Notes: generated from the letters alone by a model not told the origin. A stretch of DNA of 64,000 nucleotides from the human T2T-CHM13v2.0 reference genome, Homo sapiens (GCF_009914755.1 NC_060944.1); one strand, 5' to 3'; positions 1 through 36,126 are shown, counted from the stretch's first letter. Made by a program: numbers and translations.

Positions 1-429
1 CTTTTGGTATATTTGATGCCATCTGCCTGGAGTCATCTAGCATGGTCCTTCATCCGGCAGCTGGGTTTGAAGAGGGAAGGAAAACTCTGGTTGCCTGAGC
101 CTGTGATGACTGAAAATCTAGGCTGTTTTTGAGTGACCTTGTTCCTTATTAAGGAAATTGCTTAACTTCTCCCATCATAGTGTTTTGAAAATGGATACAT
201 TGCTGGCTGGCTGATTTAGTATGCATGCATTTATTCTAGGAAGGTCCTCTGAGCACCAACTCTATGCCAAGAGTATGGTGCTAGGCCTGCACAAAACGGG
301 GGACTTTCATTTGTGAGCAATTTGTAAGCAAGTGTTCTGAATTAAGGGCTCTGAATTTAGGTCCTTGGGGACCTTACTGATGGGACTGAGGGATGGCGAG
401 GGCAGAAAGAGTGGGACCTGGCTGGTTGA

Positions 430-630
<201 letters not shown>

Positions 631-1831
631 TTCCAGCCAGGCCCCAAGCCCACTGGGGTGTGTGGCAGAGCCAGGACCCAGGAGGTGTGATTCCTGAAGG
701 CATCCCCAGGCCCTGCTCTTCCTCAGCTGTGTGGGTCATACCGTGTACCTCAGTTCCCTCTTGCTCAGTGGGGGCAGAGCCACCTGACTCTTGCAGGGGT
801 AGCCTGAGGTGCCGCCTCCTTGTGCACAAATCAGACCTGGCTGCTTGGAGCAGCCTAACACGGTGCTCATTTTTTCTTCTCCTAAAACTTTAAAACTTGA
901 AGTAGGTAGCAACGTGGCTTTTTTTTTTTCCCTTCCTGGGTCTACCACTCAGAGAAACAATGGCTAAGATACCAAAACCACAGTGCCGACAGCTCTCCAA
1001 TACTCAGGTTAATGCTGAAAAATCATCCAAGACAGTTATTGCAAGAGTTTAATTTTTGAAAACTGGCTACTGCTCTGTGTTTACAGACGTGTGCAGTTGT
1101 AGGCATGTAGCTACAGGACATTTTTAAGGGCCCAGGATCGTTTTTTCCCAGGGCAAGCAGAAGAGAAAATGTTGTATATGTCTTTTACCCGGCACATTCC
1201 CCTTGCCTAAATACAAGGGCTGGAGTCTGCACGGGACCTATTAGAGTATTTTCCACAATGATGATGATTTCAGCAGGGATGACGTCATCATCACATTCAG
1301 GGCTATTTTTTCCCCCACAAACCCAAGGGCAGGGGCCACTCTTAGCTAAATCCCTCCCCGTGACTGCAATAGAACCCTCTGGGGAGCTCAGGAAGGGGTG
1401 TGCTGAGTTCTATAATATAAGCTGCCATATATTTTGTAGACAAGTATGGCTCCTCCGTATCTCCCTCTTCCCTAGGAGAGGAGTGTGAAGCAAGGAGCTT
1501 AGATAAGACACCCCCTCAAACCCATTCCCTCTCCAGGAGACCTACCCTCCACAGGCACAGGTCCCCAGATGAGAAGTCTGCTACCCTCATTTCTCATCTT
1601 TTTACTAAACTCAGAGGCAGTGACAGCAGTCAGGGACAGACATACATTTCTCATACCTTCCCCACATCTGAGAGATGACAGGGAAAACTGCAAAGCTCGG
1701 TGCTCCCTTTGGAGATTTTTTAATCCTTTTTTATTCCATAAGAAGTCGTTTTTAGGGAGAACGGGAATTCAGACAAGCTGCATTTCAGAAATGCTGTCAT
1801 AATGGTTTTTAACACCTTTTACTCTTCTTAC

Positions 1832-1839
1832 TGGTGCTA
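1832..1839 (+). promoter_or_regulatory. miR-29 family 8mer site (TGGTGCTA)
   Basis: Exact 8mer in an AU-rich context; 6mers GGTGCT also at 862 and 1699. Repression of DNMT3B by miR-29 is established. Confidence 0.85.
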
Positions 1840-2061
1840 TTTTGTAGAATAAGGAACAACGTTGACAAGTTTTGTGGGGCTTTTTATACACTTTTTAAAA
1901 TCTCAAACTTCTATTTTTATGTTTAACGTTTTCATTAAAATTTTTTTGTAACTGGAGCCACGACGTAACAAATATGGGGAAAAAACTGTGCCTTGTTTCA
2001 ACAGTTTTTGCTAATTTTTAGGCTGAAAGATGACGGATGCCTAGAGTTTACCTTATGTTTA

Positions 2062-2067
2062 ATTAAA
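2062..2067 (+). terminator. DNMT3B polyadenylation signal ATTAAA (alternative at 1934)
   Basis: Variant hexamer with downstream U-rich element tgtccctttttcttct. Confidence 0.75.
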
Positions 2068-2261
2068 ATCAGTATTTGTCTATAACTGTCTGATGTCCCT
2101 TTTCTTCTGCAGGTCAGATGGATGGGACATGGGGGAGGGCCTGGCTAACATGTCAGGGTGGGAGTTTGGAAGTAGGTGATTCATTCATTCATGTATTCAA
2201 ACGCAATGTGACCCCAAGCTGACTGGAGCTTACTTACAGTGTAATACACTGGTTCTGCACC

Positions 2262-2663
2262 ATTGGCTCACGCCTGTAATCCTAGCCAGGGTGGGCGGAT
2301 CTTTTCAGTCCAGGAGTTCGAAACCAGCCTTGCCAACATGGCAAAACCCCGTCCGTACAAAAAAAAAACCAATAATCCAGGCTGGGCACGGTGGCTCATG
2401 CCTGTAATCTAAGCACTTTGGGAGGCCAAGGCGGGCAGATCACAAGGTCAGGAGATCGAGACCATTCTGGCTAACCCTGGAAACCCTGTCTCTACTAAAA
2501 ATACAAATTAGCCAGGTGTGGTAGTCCCAGCTACTCTCAGGAGGCTGAGGCAGAAGAATGTCGTGAACCCAGGAGGCGGAGCTTGCAGTGAACCTAGACC
2601 GTGCCACTGCACTCCAGCCTGGGCAACAGAGCAAGACTCCGTCTCCAGAAAAAAAAAAAAAAA
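2262..2663 (+). mobile_element. Alu left monomer plus AluY-like element
   Basis: Alu consensus, Y-type gatcgagacca and ggagcttgcag, A tail. Confidence 0.85.
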
Positions 2664-2664
2664 G

Positions 2665-2940
2665 AATCCAGCACATCTGCTTCCCTTGGAGGGCTTGTCA
2701 GGGCTGTGGTTGCTGGCCCAACCTCCAGAGTTTCTGACTCCAAGTGGACCCTAGGAATTTTCAGTCACACGGTGGCACAATTACTGCTCATTGCAGCCTG
2801 GACTTCCCGGACTCAAGTGATCCTCCTCTGTCAGCCTCCAAGTAGCTGGTACCACAGGCATGCACCACCACACCCAGCCTGACCCTAGGAATTTGATGCC
2901 ACTATCCAGGGAACACACCGGACTAGTGAATGGGTATCTA
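2665..2940. mobile_element. MER5A-like hAT fossil interrupted by an Alu monomer (2761-2880, minus strand)
   Basis: ggagggcttgt...ccagagtttctga resembles MER5A. 14-bp direct repeat gaccctaggaattt at 2747 and 2881. Confidence 0.6.
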
Positions 2941-4124
2941 ACTCATGGTTCCCAAATATGGCTTGAGTGTCTGAATTCATTTAAAAGCTCCATGTGTGGG
3001 ACACCTGTTTCCAGACATACAGATCTTGGGGAACTGATCAAGGTGATAATCACCTCTAGCAAAAGATCCTAATGATGATTCTCACAGTTTGTCGCGCTTC
3101 GGTGGGATTCTATACCTTATTCCACAGCTCCCAAGTTGATGTGTTGCAGGTCAACCACCTTCCGTGAGGGGGCTAATTGGGAGTGGCCCTGTGGTCCCAG
3201 CCTAGCCCGTGTCCTCTACCCTTTGGAGTGTGATTCTCAGCATGCCCCCAACTAAAATCCTGGCCTTCAATGAGCACTCACGATGTCGGTTGCCCTTCTA
3301 AGCCTAATATTGCAACACCAGTAATCCCATTTTACTTTACATGGGGTTCCCCAGGCAGAAGTCCCAAGGCCAGAGCCCATCGGGCCACACTCATCTCCAG
3401 CCTTTGGTCAGGGAAAAAGGTTAATGCTGGTTAGCTAGCGCATTTAGAGAGGGAATAGGGTGGTGCACTTGGGGTTCACCCACTGAACACCAGTCAGACC
3501 GAGCACCTCTGAGCCTCCCAGGCCATGTGTGAGTTGGGCTATAATCATGGCCATCTCTTAAATAAGGTCAGGTTTCTAAAGGGCCTGGCCCAGGGTTTGG
3601 GGAGGGAAGAAGCTTCCAGAGTGGAAGGATGAACATGTTATTAGAAAGGTGCTTCAGGACTAGAACAGCCCACGTGCAGGTTGCCATGGTGAGATAACTG
3701 GCAATTAGCAAGCTAGCCCCACACAACCTCCCCTGCCTCCCCGGGTATTGAGACCCCAGGGACCTGGGCCACCCAATTAAGCCATCTTGTGTACAGTGCT
3801 GCACCAAATACCAGGACAGGATGAAGCCAGCTAAACAGCCCTGGCCTCGAAACCCTAAGACAGACGGGCAAGCCCTCCAGATGAGGGGTCCTTGGCGTCC
3901 TGGCCTGCTTGTTGGAGTTGGGGGACTCAGAGGGAGTATGGGGGTAATTCTTGTGTTTTCTCAAGATGAGGTTAGGCTGGTATCTGAGTGATCCCAGGTG
4001 TTGAGGCAGGGGGAGAATGCAGTGAGTGTTCTGATCTGGGGAAAGAGGTTGGAGTTTGAATCCTATGTGGGCCTTTGCTGAAGCAGTCTTTGGGTTTGCT
4101 TGGATTTGTGTCTGGGGTCTGGCA

Positions 4125-5400
<1,276 letters not shown>

Positions 5401-5581
5401 AGCCAGTCTACTTTTTCTCCTTGGTCTCACCTGCATCTTTGTTCTTGTTTGTTGTTTTGCTGGAGCTTGAAATTACCTGCTGCCCTTTGTAGCATTTTGC
5501 CCTCCTTCCTAGCTTCCTTCCCTTCCTTTTATCCTGCCTACTTCCCCCCTTTCTTTCTTTCCTTTTTGTGTAACTTTATTG

Positions 5582-6247
<666 letters not shown>

Positions 6248-6261
6248 CTAAAAAATACGCA

Positions 6262-12340
<6,079 letters not shown>

Positions 12341-12570
12341 ATTCATTATAAAAGCAATTTTCTTTTTGGTTACTGCCATAGGGATTTTGTAACTGAGTCA
12401 CACCGGGCCGAGGCGGGACCTCATTGGCTGCGACCGACCACGTGCCGCAGTCGCCCCGGCGGTCGGGGCCCCGCCCCTCGGCTACCGTTCTGTGGATCAG
12501 GGGCCGAGCTCCGCCCCCGGCGCGCGGCTGAGTCCCTCTCTATAAAAGGAGCCGGCGGAGGATGACGAGC

Positions 12571-12706
12571 CTTTACGTCGGCGCGTAACGAGGGGGTGCG
12601 TGTGAGGTCATCGCGCGGGCGGGCGGGCGGGGTCTGGCGGTTTGAACGAGACGAAGACGGAACCGGAGCCGGTTGCGGGCAGTGGACGCGGTTCTGCCGA
12701 GAGCCG
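12571..12706 (+). other. MAPRE1: MAPRE1 non-coding exon 1 (start uncertain, ~12571-12635)
   Basis: Donor CCG|GTGAGC at 12706/12707; no ATG; start placed about 30 nt after the TATA box. Confidence 0.8.
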
Positions 12707-13129
12707 GTGAGCCGGCTAGCGGGCCCGGGGGGTGCGGCTGGGGGGGCGGCCGCGTGGGCCAAGGCCGGGCGTGCGCGGGCAGGCCCTACGGGCAGCGCCA
12801 GGGCCGTTCCACACGGCGGTGCTGTTCGAGCCGGGTGGGGGAAGGGCGGGGCCGTCACCCGGCGCGCGCGGGCTGGGCCTGGGGGCGCGCGCTGCGCTCT
12901 GCTCAGGGGGCGGGGTCTCGGGCCGGAAGTGGGGGGCTGCTGCTACGCGGGGTGGGGGTTTCTGGGCCGCCGCTGAGGTGTGGTCCCTGCGCTGCAGCGA
13001 CTGGAGGTCCCAGGGTGGTTGGGCCCTGGGAGGGTGTGGGCGAGGTGGGCCGTCCTGGGAGCTCTGGGGACGCACATTGTGGGAGGCCGTGTTGCCTGAG
13101 GGCCGAGAGATCGGGTGGTGGAGTCAGAC

Positions 13130-18499
<5,370 letters not shown>

Positions 18500-18608
18500 T
18501 TGAGTGTTCCTACAGGTTTGCTTTTGGTGACTCTCTAGGAAACACTTGACCTTACTTGCATGCCTAATGTAACACAGGCCCTTCTCTTTTCTTCCCATGC
18601 TTTAGAAG

Positions 18609-18729
18609 ATGGCAGTGAACGTATACTCAACGTCAGTGACCAGTGATAACCTAAGTCGACATGACATGCTGGCCTGGATCAATGAGTCTCTGCAGTTGAA
18701 TCTGACAAAGATCGAACAGTTGTGCTCAG
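18609..18729 (+). CDS. MAPRE1: EB1 coding exon (exon 2; aa 1-41, start of CH domain)
   Basis: tttag|aagATGG; [40 protein letters not shown]; donor CAG|GTAAGA; 121 nt. Confidence 0.98.
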
Positions 18730-18803
18730 GTAAGAGAAATCTGCTGGATCATTTTTCTAGGAAAGCCTGTAGGTTTTTCAGGAATGTGAAGGCCTGTATC
18801 TGA

Positions 18804-25952
<7,149 letters not shown>

Positions 25953-26399
25953 TTAGGGAAAAAAATGTTTTTTAATCTAGATCAAGGATGGATCTTGGAA
26001 ATTGCCTCCTGAAGAGGAGGGTATATCTTTGTGAAAAATCAGAAAATGTCACTTTTGTTATTTTCTTTTCTGTATTTTAGGCATTCATTTTTGTTTCTAG
26101 TGGTCATTTTATTGTCATGATGATTACCAATAAAGAACAGGAGTTTTAAAATTTTGTAGAAACACTCCTTTTCTCCTTGTTATAGGCTTCTGGGTTGCAA
26201 GTATGTTGTAGAATATATGGGGTGAAAACCACAGTCTTGTTACAGGTTTTAGAAATTGACTTCACATGAAGTTAGTGAAGCTTTTGGTTTTTGTAGGTCT
26301 ACTTCACAATTTTAAAAATTGTATTTGGTTTAAGTGGGTCTGGGAAGAAGTTCACCCTGCTTCTTTAATTGTATTTTTCTGTTGCCGTTGTTCTTTCAG

Positions 26400-26545
26400 G
26401 GGCTGCGTATTGTCAGTTTATGGACATGCTGTTCCCTGGCTCCATTGCCTTGAAGAAAGTGAAATTCCAAGCTAAGCTAGAACACGAGTACATCCAGAAC
26501 TTCAAAATACTACAAGCAGGTTTTAAGAGAATGGGTGTTGACAAA
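26400..26545 (+). CDS. MAPRE1: EB1 exon 3 (aa 41-89, CH domain)
   Basis: tttcAG|; [49 protein letters not shown]; |GTAAGT; 146 nt. Confidence 0.98.
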
Positions 26546-26921
26546 GTAAGTAAACGTTATCTTTTATTGTGGTTAATGTTCCTTAATGATCGTTACTAAG
26601 GAGGTAGATGCTAGCTTATGACTTTGGACATTTTCTTTTTTTTCTTAATTTATCTAGTTAACTTTTCTCAGTTAACACAGAATTTACTGGGAGCAGTTTG
26701 CCCCTACCTTCTTGCCCCTATTCCCCTTGCTTGTTTCTTTCTTCATCGTCTGTGAAGTTAGTAACTGTTTAGAGGAGTCAGCCTGTAAATTTGTACAGTG
26801 ATTTTTATTTTTAAAAAATTCCTGTGTAATCTCTAGTAGTCTGGAATCTAACTCTCTTAATCTGGATTTACTTCTGTAAAAGCATACTGTATGTAGAATA
26901 GTTCCAGTAGAGAAGATTCTA

Positions 26922-28985
<2,064 letters not shown>

Positions 28986-29321
28986 TAGCGGACCTACTCT
29001 TTATAGCATAATGCACTTTTGTATCACGTCTTACGATGTGCTTGGATGGATGTGTGTATGTGACTTATATGGTACTTGTTCCTTTTTTGTTTCTGATTCC
29101 TTTTCATACATTTGAGAGAGTGGGGAGGGGTTGGGAAGTGTAGGTACTCTTGAAGGCAAACTGCATGAAACTTGCTTTATAAATTTAGGGGCTTAGCCCT
29201 AAGGTCTCTAAAATATTTTTTTCTCCTTTTGGCAGAGCTTTATAATGAATTGATGCATGGACTAGTTTGATGCTTGCCAAAAGCCTCTTTTTTGGGGCTA
29301 AACAGTTGTTTTTCTCTGCAG

Positions 29322-29529
29322 ATAATTCCTGTGGACAAATTAGTAAAAGGAAAGTTTCAGGACAATTTTGAATTCGTTCAGTGGTTCAAGAAGTTTTTCG
29401 ATGCAAACTATGATGGAAAAGACTATGACCCTGTGGCTGCCAGACAAGGTCAAGAAACTGCAGTGGCTCCTTCCCTTGTTGCTCCAGCTCTGAATAAACC
29501 GAAGAAACCTCTCACTTCTAGCAGTGCAG
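29322..29529 (+). CDS. MAPRE1: EB1 exon 4 (aa 90-159, end of CH domain and linker)
   Basis: ctgcAG|; [30 protein letters not shown]...TSSSA; CAG|GTAAAA; 208 nt. Confidence 0.98.
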
Positions 29530-30334
29530 GTAAAAAAACAACCCCAAAACGTTTCCAAAAAATAGCGTTCCAGATATTCATTCAGCGTTCAACTAGAATT
29601 TTTTTCAGTAGCCATAGGCTTAGGGATCTTAAGAAATATAATCCCAGGCATGTGGCCAGAGTATGGATTTTGGCATCAGGCAGATAACGGTGTGTGTCCT
29701 TAGGTGTCTGTAGCCCTGTGTAAGCAACTTCAACTCTGCCCCACAGTTTCCTCCTCTATAAAATGGGAATTTTAATACTTGCCCCAGAGGGTTTTTGAAA
29801 CTTGAACAAGTTACTGTATGCAGTTTTGCCAAAGCTCTAGAAATCCATCAGGCTAGCTCATGTAAGAGAGCATTAGTTTGTTCCAAAACAAGGGCATTTT
29901 TACAGAGCCCTAGGATGGGAAGTTATACCAGAGCTGAACTCCTTGAAGGAGGTGTGTAGGTCTCTCAGGGACTGCTCTTGGCTGTCTGTGTTATTCTCTC
30001 TGTAGACCAGCTTCCTGTGTATACTCACAGCTTCCCTACCTGCCCTAGAACTTTAGCTGCTAGGTGACTTTGGCTTGCCATGGTGCTAGCAGAGTCAGGG
30101 GCAGGGGTAGGGGAGAGGCTGATTTTACATACCTTCTCAAAAGGGTATGGGCTTGGTAGCTTTCCCAAGATGTGTTTACATTAGTATAGAATGTGTATAT
30201 TTTGGGGCAGGGTAGATACTCTACAGATGCTAATTTCTTCTTTTCCAGAGGATGGCAAGAATATTAGTTAAGGTTTCATAATACCTAGAGAGAGGCTTGT
30301 TCATCTGATAGAGAGGGTAGGTTGAGTGCTTTCT

Positions 30335-31335
<1,001 letters not shown>

Positions 31336-32422
31336 AGTACTTTTTATTCTTTACCTGTTTAGAATGGGAAACTACATAGATAACCCCGTGCATTTCATAT
31401 TTCAGATGCTGCTACCAGTTGAGTGGAGACGTGCATTAAGCATTTAGTCTTTGGGATAAACGTGCTAGAGAGAGTCATCCAGAGGAAATGCCTATTACTG
31501 TGGGTGAAAGGCCTTGTGATTATAGTTTGGGGTGTTAGGAAGATGAGATATTTTCAAACCTGGCATGTAATATGCAAACTTTACAAAATAATTGCTAAGT
31601 AGGTGAATCATCAGTGATATATATACCTTGAGGTTTAGCCCATTCTTGATTAATTTTACTTGTAGATAGGTTGGCTCCTTTACTCCTTTTTTCTTGTCTT
31701 TGTCTGCTTTTGGCTGTAAATACTGAGAGACGTCTATAAATACTAGTCAGTGTGATGCTTTTCTCTCCTCACTCTTCTAAACTCCTTCTAAAAGGTAAGC
31801 AGAGATGAAGATTTTAAAGCAATTCATGGGAAGAGCAGGCTCTCCTGCTCTTATGGATTCCCTCCCTCTTCCACTCCAAGGAGTCTGAGGTGAGGAGTTA
31901 GGAGGGACCTAACTTTCCAGATGGGGAGCAGTGGGCACCTGGCAACAGCCGAGACTGTGTGCTCATGTCTAGCGTGAAGTTTGCCTTTGCTCTACGAAGC
32001 TGGATTTGGTTTGTAGATGTGTTAACTAAATCTTAGCTGTTGTAACCAACATGAAACAACCTGTTTGTGGATTTGGTCAGAGCTGGGTTAAGGTGGATCA
32101 TCTCTGTGCACCAGAATGACTGTACCCCTTTCAGATGGTAGTCCTGTTCACCGCAGTGGAGAAAAGACCTCACTGAAGGACTTATTCCCAGCATGAAACA
32201 TCATGACAGAAATTGGTACTTAACTCTGCTGCCAGGATAGAAACCACTCAGTAGGCAAATGTGGGAGCGTTGTCTTGCATGCGGGGGCTCTCTAGCATTG
32301 GTTCCCTTCACTGAACACCTGTGCAAGGCAGATGGTCACAGCTTCTCCATGTTGTCTTGTGGATTTTTTGTTTGTTTGGGCTGGAATTACTCCTTTTCAA
32401 AAACCTGTGCTCTCTTTTTCAG

Positions 32423-32544
32423 CTCCCCAGAGGCCCATCTCAACACAGAGAACCGCTGCGGCTCCTAAGGCTGGCCCTGGTGTGGTGCGAAAGAACCCTG
32501 GTGTGGGCAACGGAGACGACGAGGCAGCTGAGTTGATGCAGCAG
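32423..32544 (+). CDS. MAPRE1: EB1 exon 5 (aa 159-199, linker and coiled-coil start)
   Basis: ttttcAG|; APQRPISTQRTAAAPKAGPGVVRKNPGVGNGDDEAAELMQQ; CAG|GTGGGC; 122 nt. Confidence 0.97.
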
Positions 32545-33434
32545 GTGGGCACCCCTGTGTTTAGCACGTGAGTCACCTCGGGGGATAGGATCCTTGCGGT
32601 GGCCAGGGTGCCTTATCCGTGTTCTTAAATGAACACCTGCCTTGTTTGCTTGCCAGAGCATGTGACACGTGTGAGCCTCAGGTGCTGTGCGGGGAGCATG
32701 AACGTGGAGATGTAAGAGAGAGATCAGGTGTGCCTGGGCTCTCTTAGTGTGGCAGAAGCCTGTGCTCGGAAGCCAGTGCTTAGACTAGAATCCTGTTGAA
32801 TGTTTCTGGAATGCTGCCAGGGACCTGGGATTTGGAGAATGAAAGATAAAGGAGGTCTCCTTTTTGAATAATTTAATAAAAAGGATTCCGCAGTCTCTCT
32901 GCTGAGTCCTAGACTGGGGTCACTGGAGATTGGAATTCAGAGTGGAACTGGTATGAAAAGCCTGTGGCTCTTCTAGTTCTGTTCTTAGTAATTGGGTGAT
33001 TCGAAATGTCTTCTTCAGGAGTAAATGTCCTTAAGGCACCTGTCAGAGGTCTCTGTGGATCAAAACAAGTTTTAGACTTTTAGACATTTTCCCACTAATC
33101 CTTGTAATTGGTTGGTTTGCTTGCTTTCAGATGATTCTTTTTGTTAATTCTATTTTTTAAATTTTGTTTTATTAAAAAAGTTTTTTTAATAAAATAGAGA
33201 TAGGGTCTCACTATGGTGCCAAGGCTGGTCTCTAACTCCTGAGCTCAAGTGATCCCCCTGCCTGAGCCTCCCAAAGTGCTGGAGTTACAGGTGTGAGTCA
33301 CCACGCCTGGCTCCATTGAAAAAATCTGGGATGCTCTGTGATTCCAGTGAGTTTGGGATTGCATCCTTTTACTTTTCTAAAAGCCAAGTCCTGAAACTTG
33401 AGGGAATTGATTTCTAATGCAGAACCTCTCATGA

Positions 33435-33870
<436 letters not shown>

Positions 33871-34143
33871 TGACTGGGTCACCGTCCTCATCCTTGGAGT
33901 GGGTGTGGCTGACTTGAGCACCCGCTGGGGCTGTTACTTTGAAGTACAGAAGCCTCGGAGAACAAGGAGAGACTTCCTGTAACTATTTCAAGACATGGAT
34001 TTCAAACACAGGAAGCAGTTTCAGAAAGAAATACGAGAGAGTAAAGAGTGGTTAATGTTGAGGCTGGGTAGCAGCGACTTGATCTGTGCTCTCCGAGAGA
34101 GCGTGCCAGGTTCTGCAGTGTGGCTGCTCTCTGCTCAGCTCTT

Positions 34144-34368
34144 TTTTTTTTTTAATTATTATTATTATTATACTTTAAGTTTTAGGGTACATGTGTACAA
34201 CGTGCAGGTTAGTTACATATGTATACATGTGCCATGCTGGTGCACTGCACCCACTAACTCGTCATCTAGCATTAGGTATATCTCCCAATGCTATCCCTCC
34301 CCCCTCCCCCCACCGCACAACAGTCCCCAGAGTGTGATGTTCCCCTTCCTGTGTCCATGTGTTCTCAT
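34144..34368 (-). mobile_element. 5'-truncated young L1 (L1PA2/PA3-like) 3' end
   Basis: ttatactttaagttttagggtacatgtg...ctcccaatgctatccctccccc; GAG (non-Ta) diagnostic; TSD ctcagctctt at 34134 and 34372. Confidence 0.92.
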
Positions 34369-34726
34369 CCTCTCAGCTCTTATCCTGGGTGATGGAGCCC
34401 AGGCTTGGGGTTCCATAGATTGAGGGAGAAGTAGGAGTGTCTCTGTCAGTTAACTTCTATCTGGACAAGTCAGCCTCTCTGAACTTACTGCCTCACGTGT
34501 GAAGTGGGGCTGACACTTGCTCACAGCAGTTGAGCAGATTATATGAGCTGAATGTTAAGTGCCTGGAATGGTGTTTGTTGCCAATACCACTGGGATAAAT
34601 GTCAGTGGATAAAAGACTGTGATGATTATGGTTCTTGTTCATGGTCTTGATAGAGTAGAATAATGTTCTTTAAAAGTTCACAGGAACCAGTTTTTTTTTT
34701 TGGCTTGTGTGAAATAATATGCGTAA

Positions 34727-34978
<252 letters not shown>

Positions 34979-36126
34979 TAGCCAGGATGGTCTCGATCTT
35001 CTGGCCTTGTGATCCATCTGCCTCAGCCTCCTAAAGTGCTAGCATTACAGGCGTGAGCCACAGTGCCCAGCCGTAGCTAACATTTTAAAAGTGCTTATGT
35101 CATGCACAGTGTAAGCACTTAATTTCACTTTCGCAGCAACCCTGTGAGGTTTTACACATAAGGATAATAAGGCTTGGAGAGGTTAAATAACTTGAGCTAG
35201 GATTTGAACCCAGGTATACCTGTCTCCAGAACCTAGATCAGTCAGTCCCTGCTGAATGGGGAATTGAGGAAGAGGTTATTTGATTTATCTAAGGTATACA
35301 GATGTTTCTTTTCCTTGCACCCACCTTTGGAAACTGTAAGTACTCACCAGATAATGACTCTGGGCAAATTGCTGCTAAGCGTTGATGAGAGTACCAAGGC
35401 ATGGGAGATCTGTCCTAGACCTAGACAGGTTTGATACACTTGGAGAAGATGGACTTGGTGCCTGCCTGTGTTCAAGTCCCAGATGAGGGTTACGGAAGGC
35501 AAGAACCACAACTCTTATGGGGGAGAGTGTGATTGGGGTCTGAGGAGGCTTCCTTCCCTGAGAGGGTGACCAGAATTAGCTGCTTTGGATGGTCGGTGTT
35601 GTAGAACTTCAACAGTCGAGGTTGGGAGGGATTGTGGTCTTGAAGAGGCTTATAACTCTGTTGCATGTCCATCGGTGCTGGGGAACATTGAGAGGCTAAG
35701 TTTGCAGAGGCTGAAGGTCACTAACCAGGTGCTTTGTTGATCCTGGAAGGCTGGGATCAAATGCTCATACCCAGCTGGTTCAACCCTGACATAGAAGTAC
35801 TGTGTTTGGCCTGCACAGAGTTTTATTTATTTATTTATTTATTTATTAAATATAAAGGATTTGTCTCCAGGTTGTCAAAGTCCTTCCCTTACCTGTTACC
35901 ACCTCTCTTGGCTCATTTACATTATCTGGCCCCTCCTGAAAGTTTTTGCATTTGCAGCCCTTTGTAAATATGGAAAATGGAGCCACGTGGGCTTGTCAGG
36001 CTGTGGGAAAAACAGTGTATCTGCACACACTACCTTGTGGTATTCGTATCCTTGGGAGATCTGCAAAGATTCTACATTCCTAAGTCGTCCTGGAGAAATT
36101 TACTTTTAGTTGATTTTAGTCCAAAG

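Larger units (their letters stand above)
631..2085 (+). other. DNMT3B: DNMT3B 3'UTR (end approximate)
   Basis: Repeat-free sequence after the stop. ATTAAA at 1934-1939 and 2062-2067, followed by a U/GU-rich tract. Confidence 0.85.

Noticed and set aside
1258-1410. ATGATGA ... CTGA resembling C/D snoRNA boxes
   Set aside because: Lies in an exonic 3'UTR with no terminal stem
2088-2118. Acceptor-like ccttttcttctgcAG|GT just past the DNMT3B poly(A) signal
   Set aside because: Explained as the downstream U-rich element; no supporting exon
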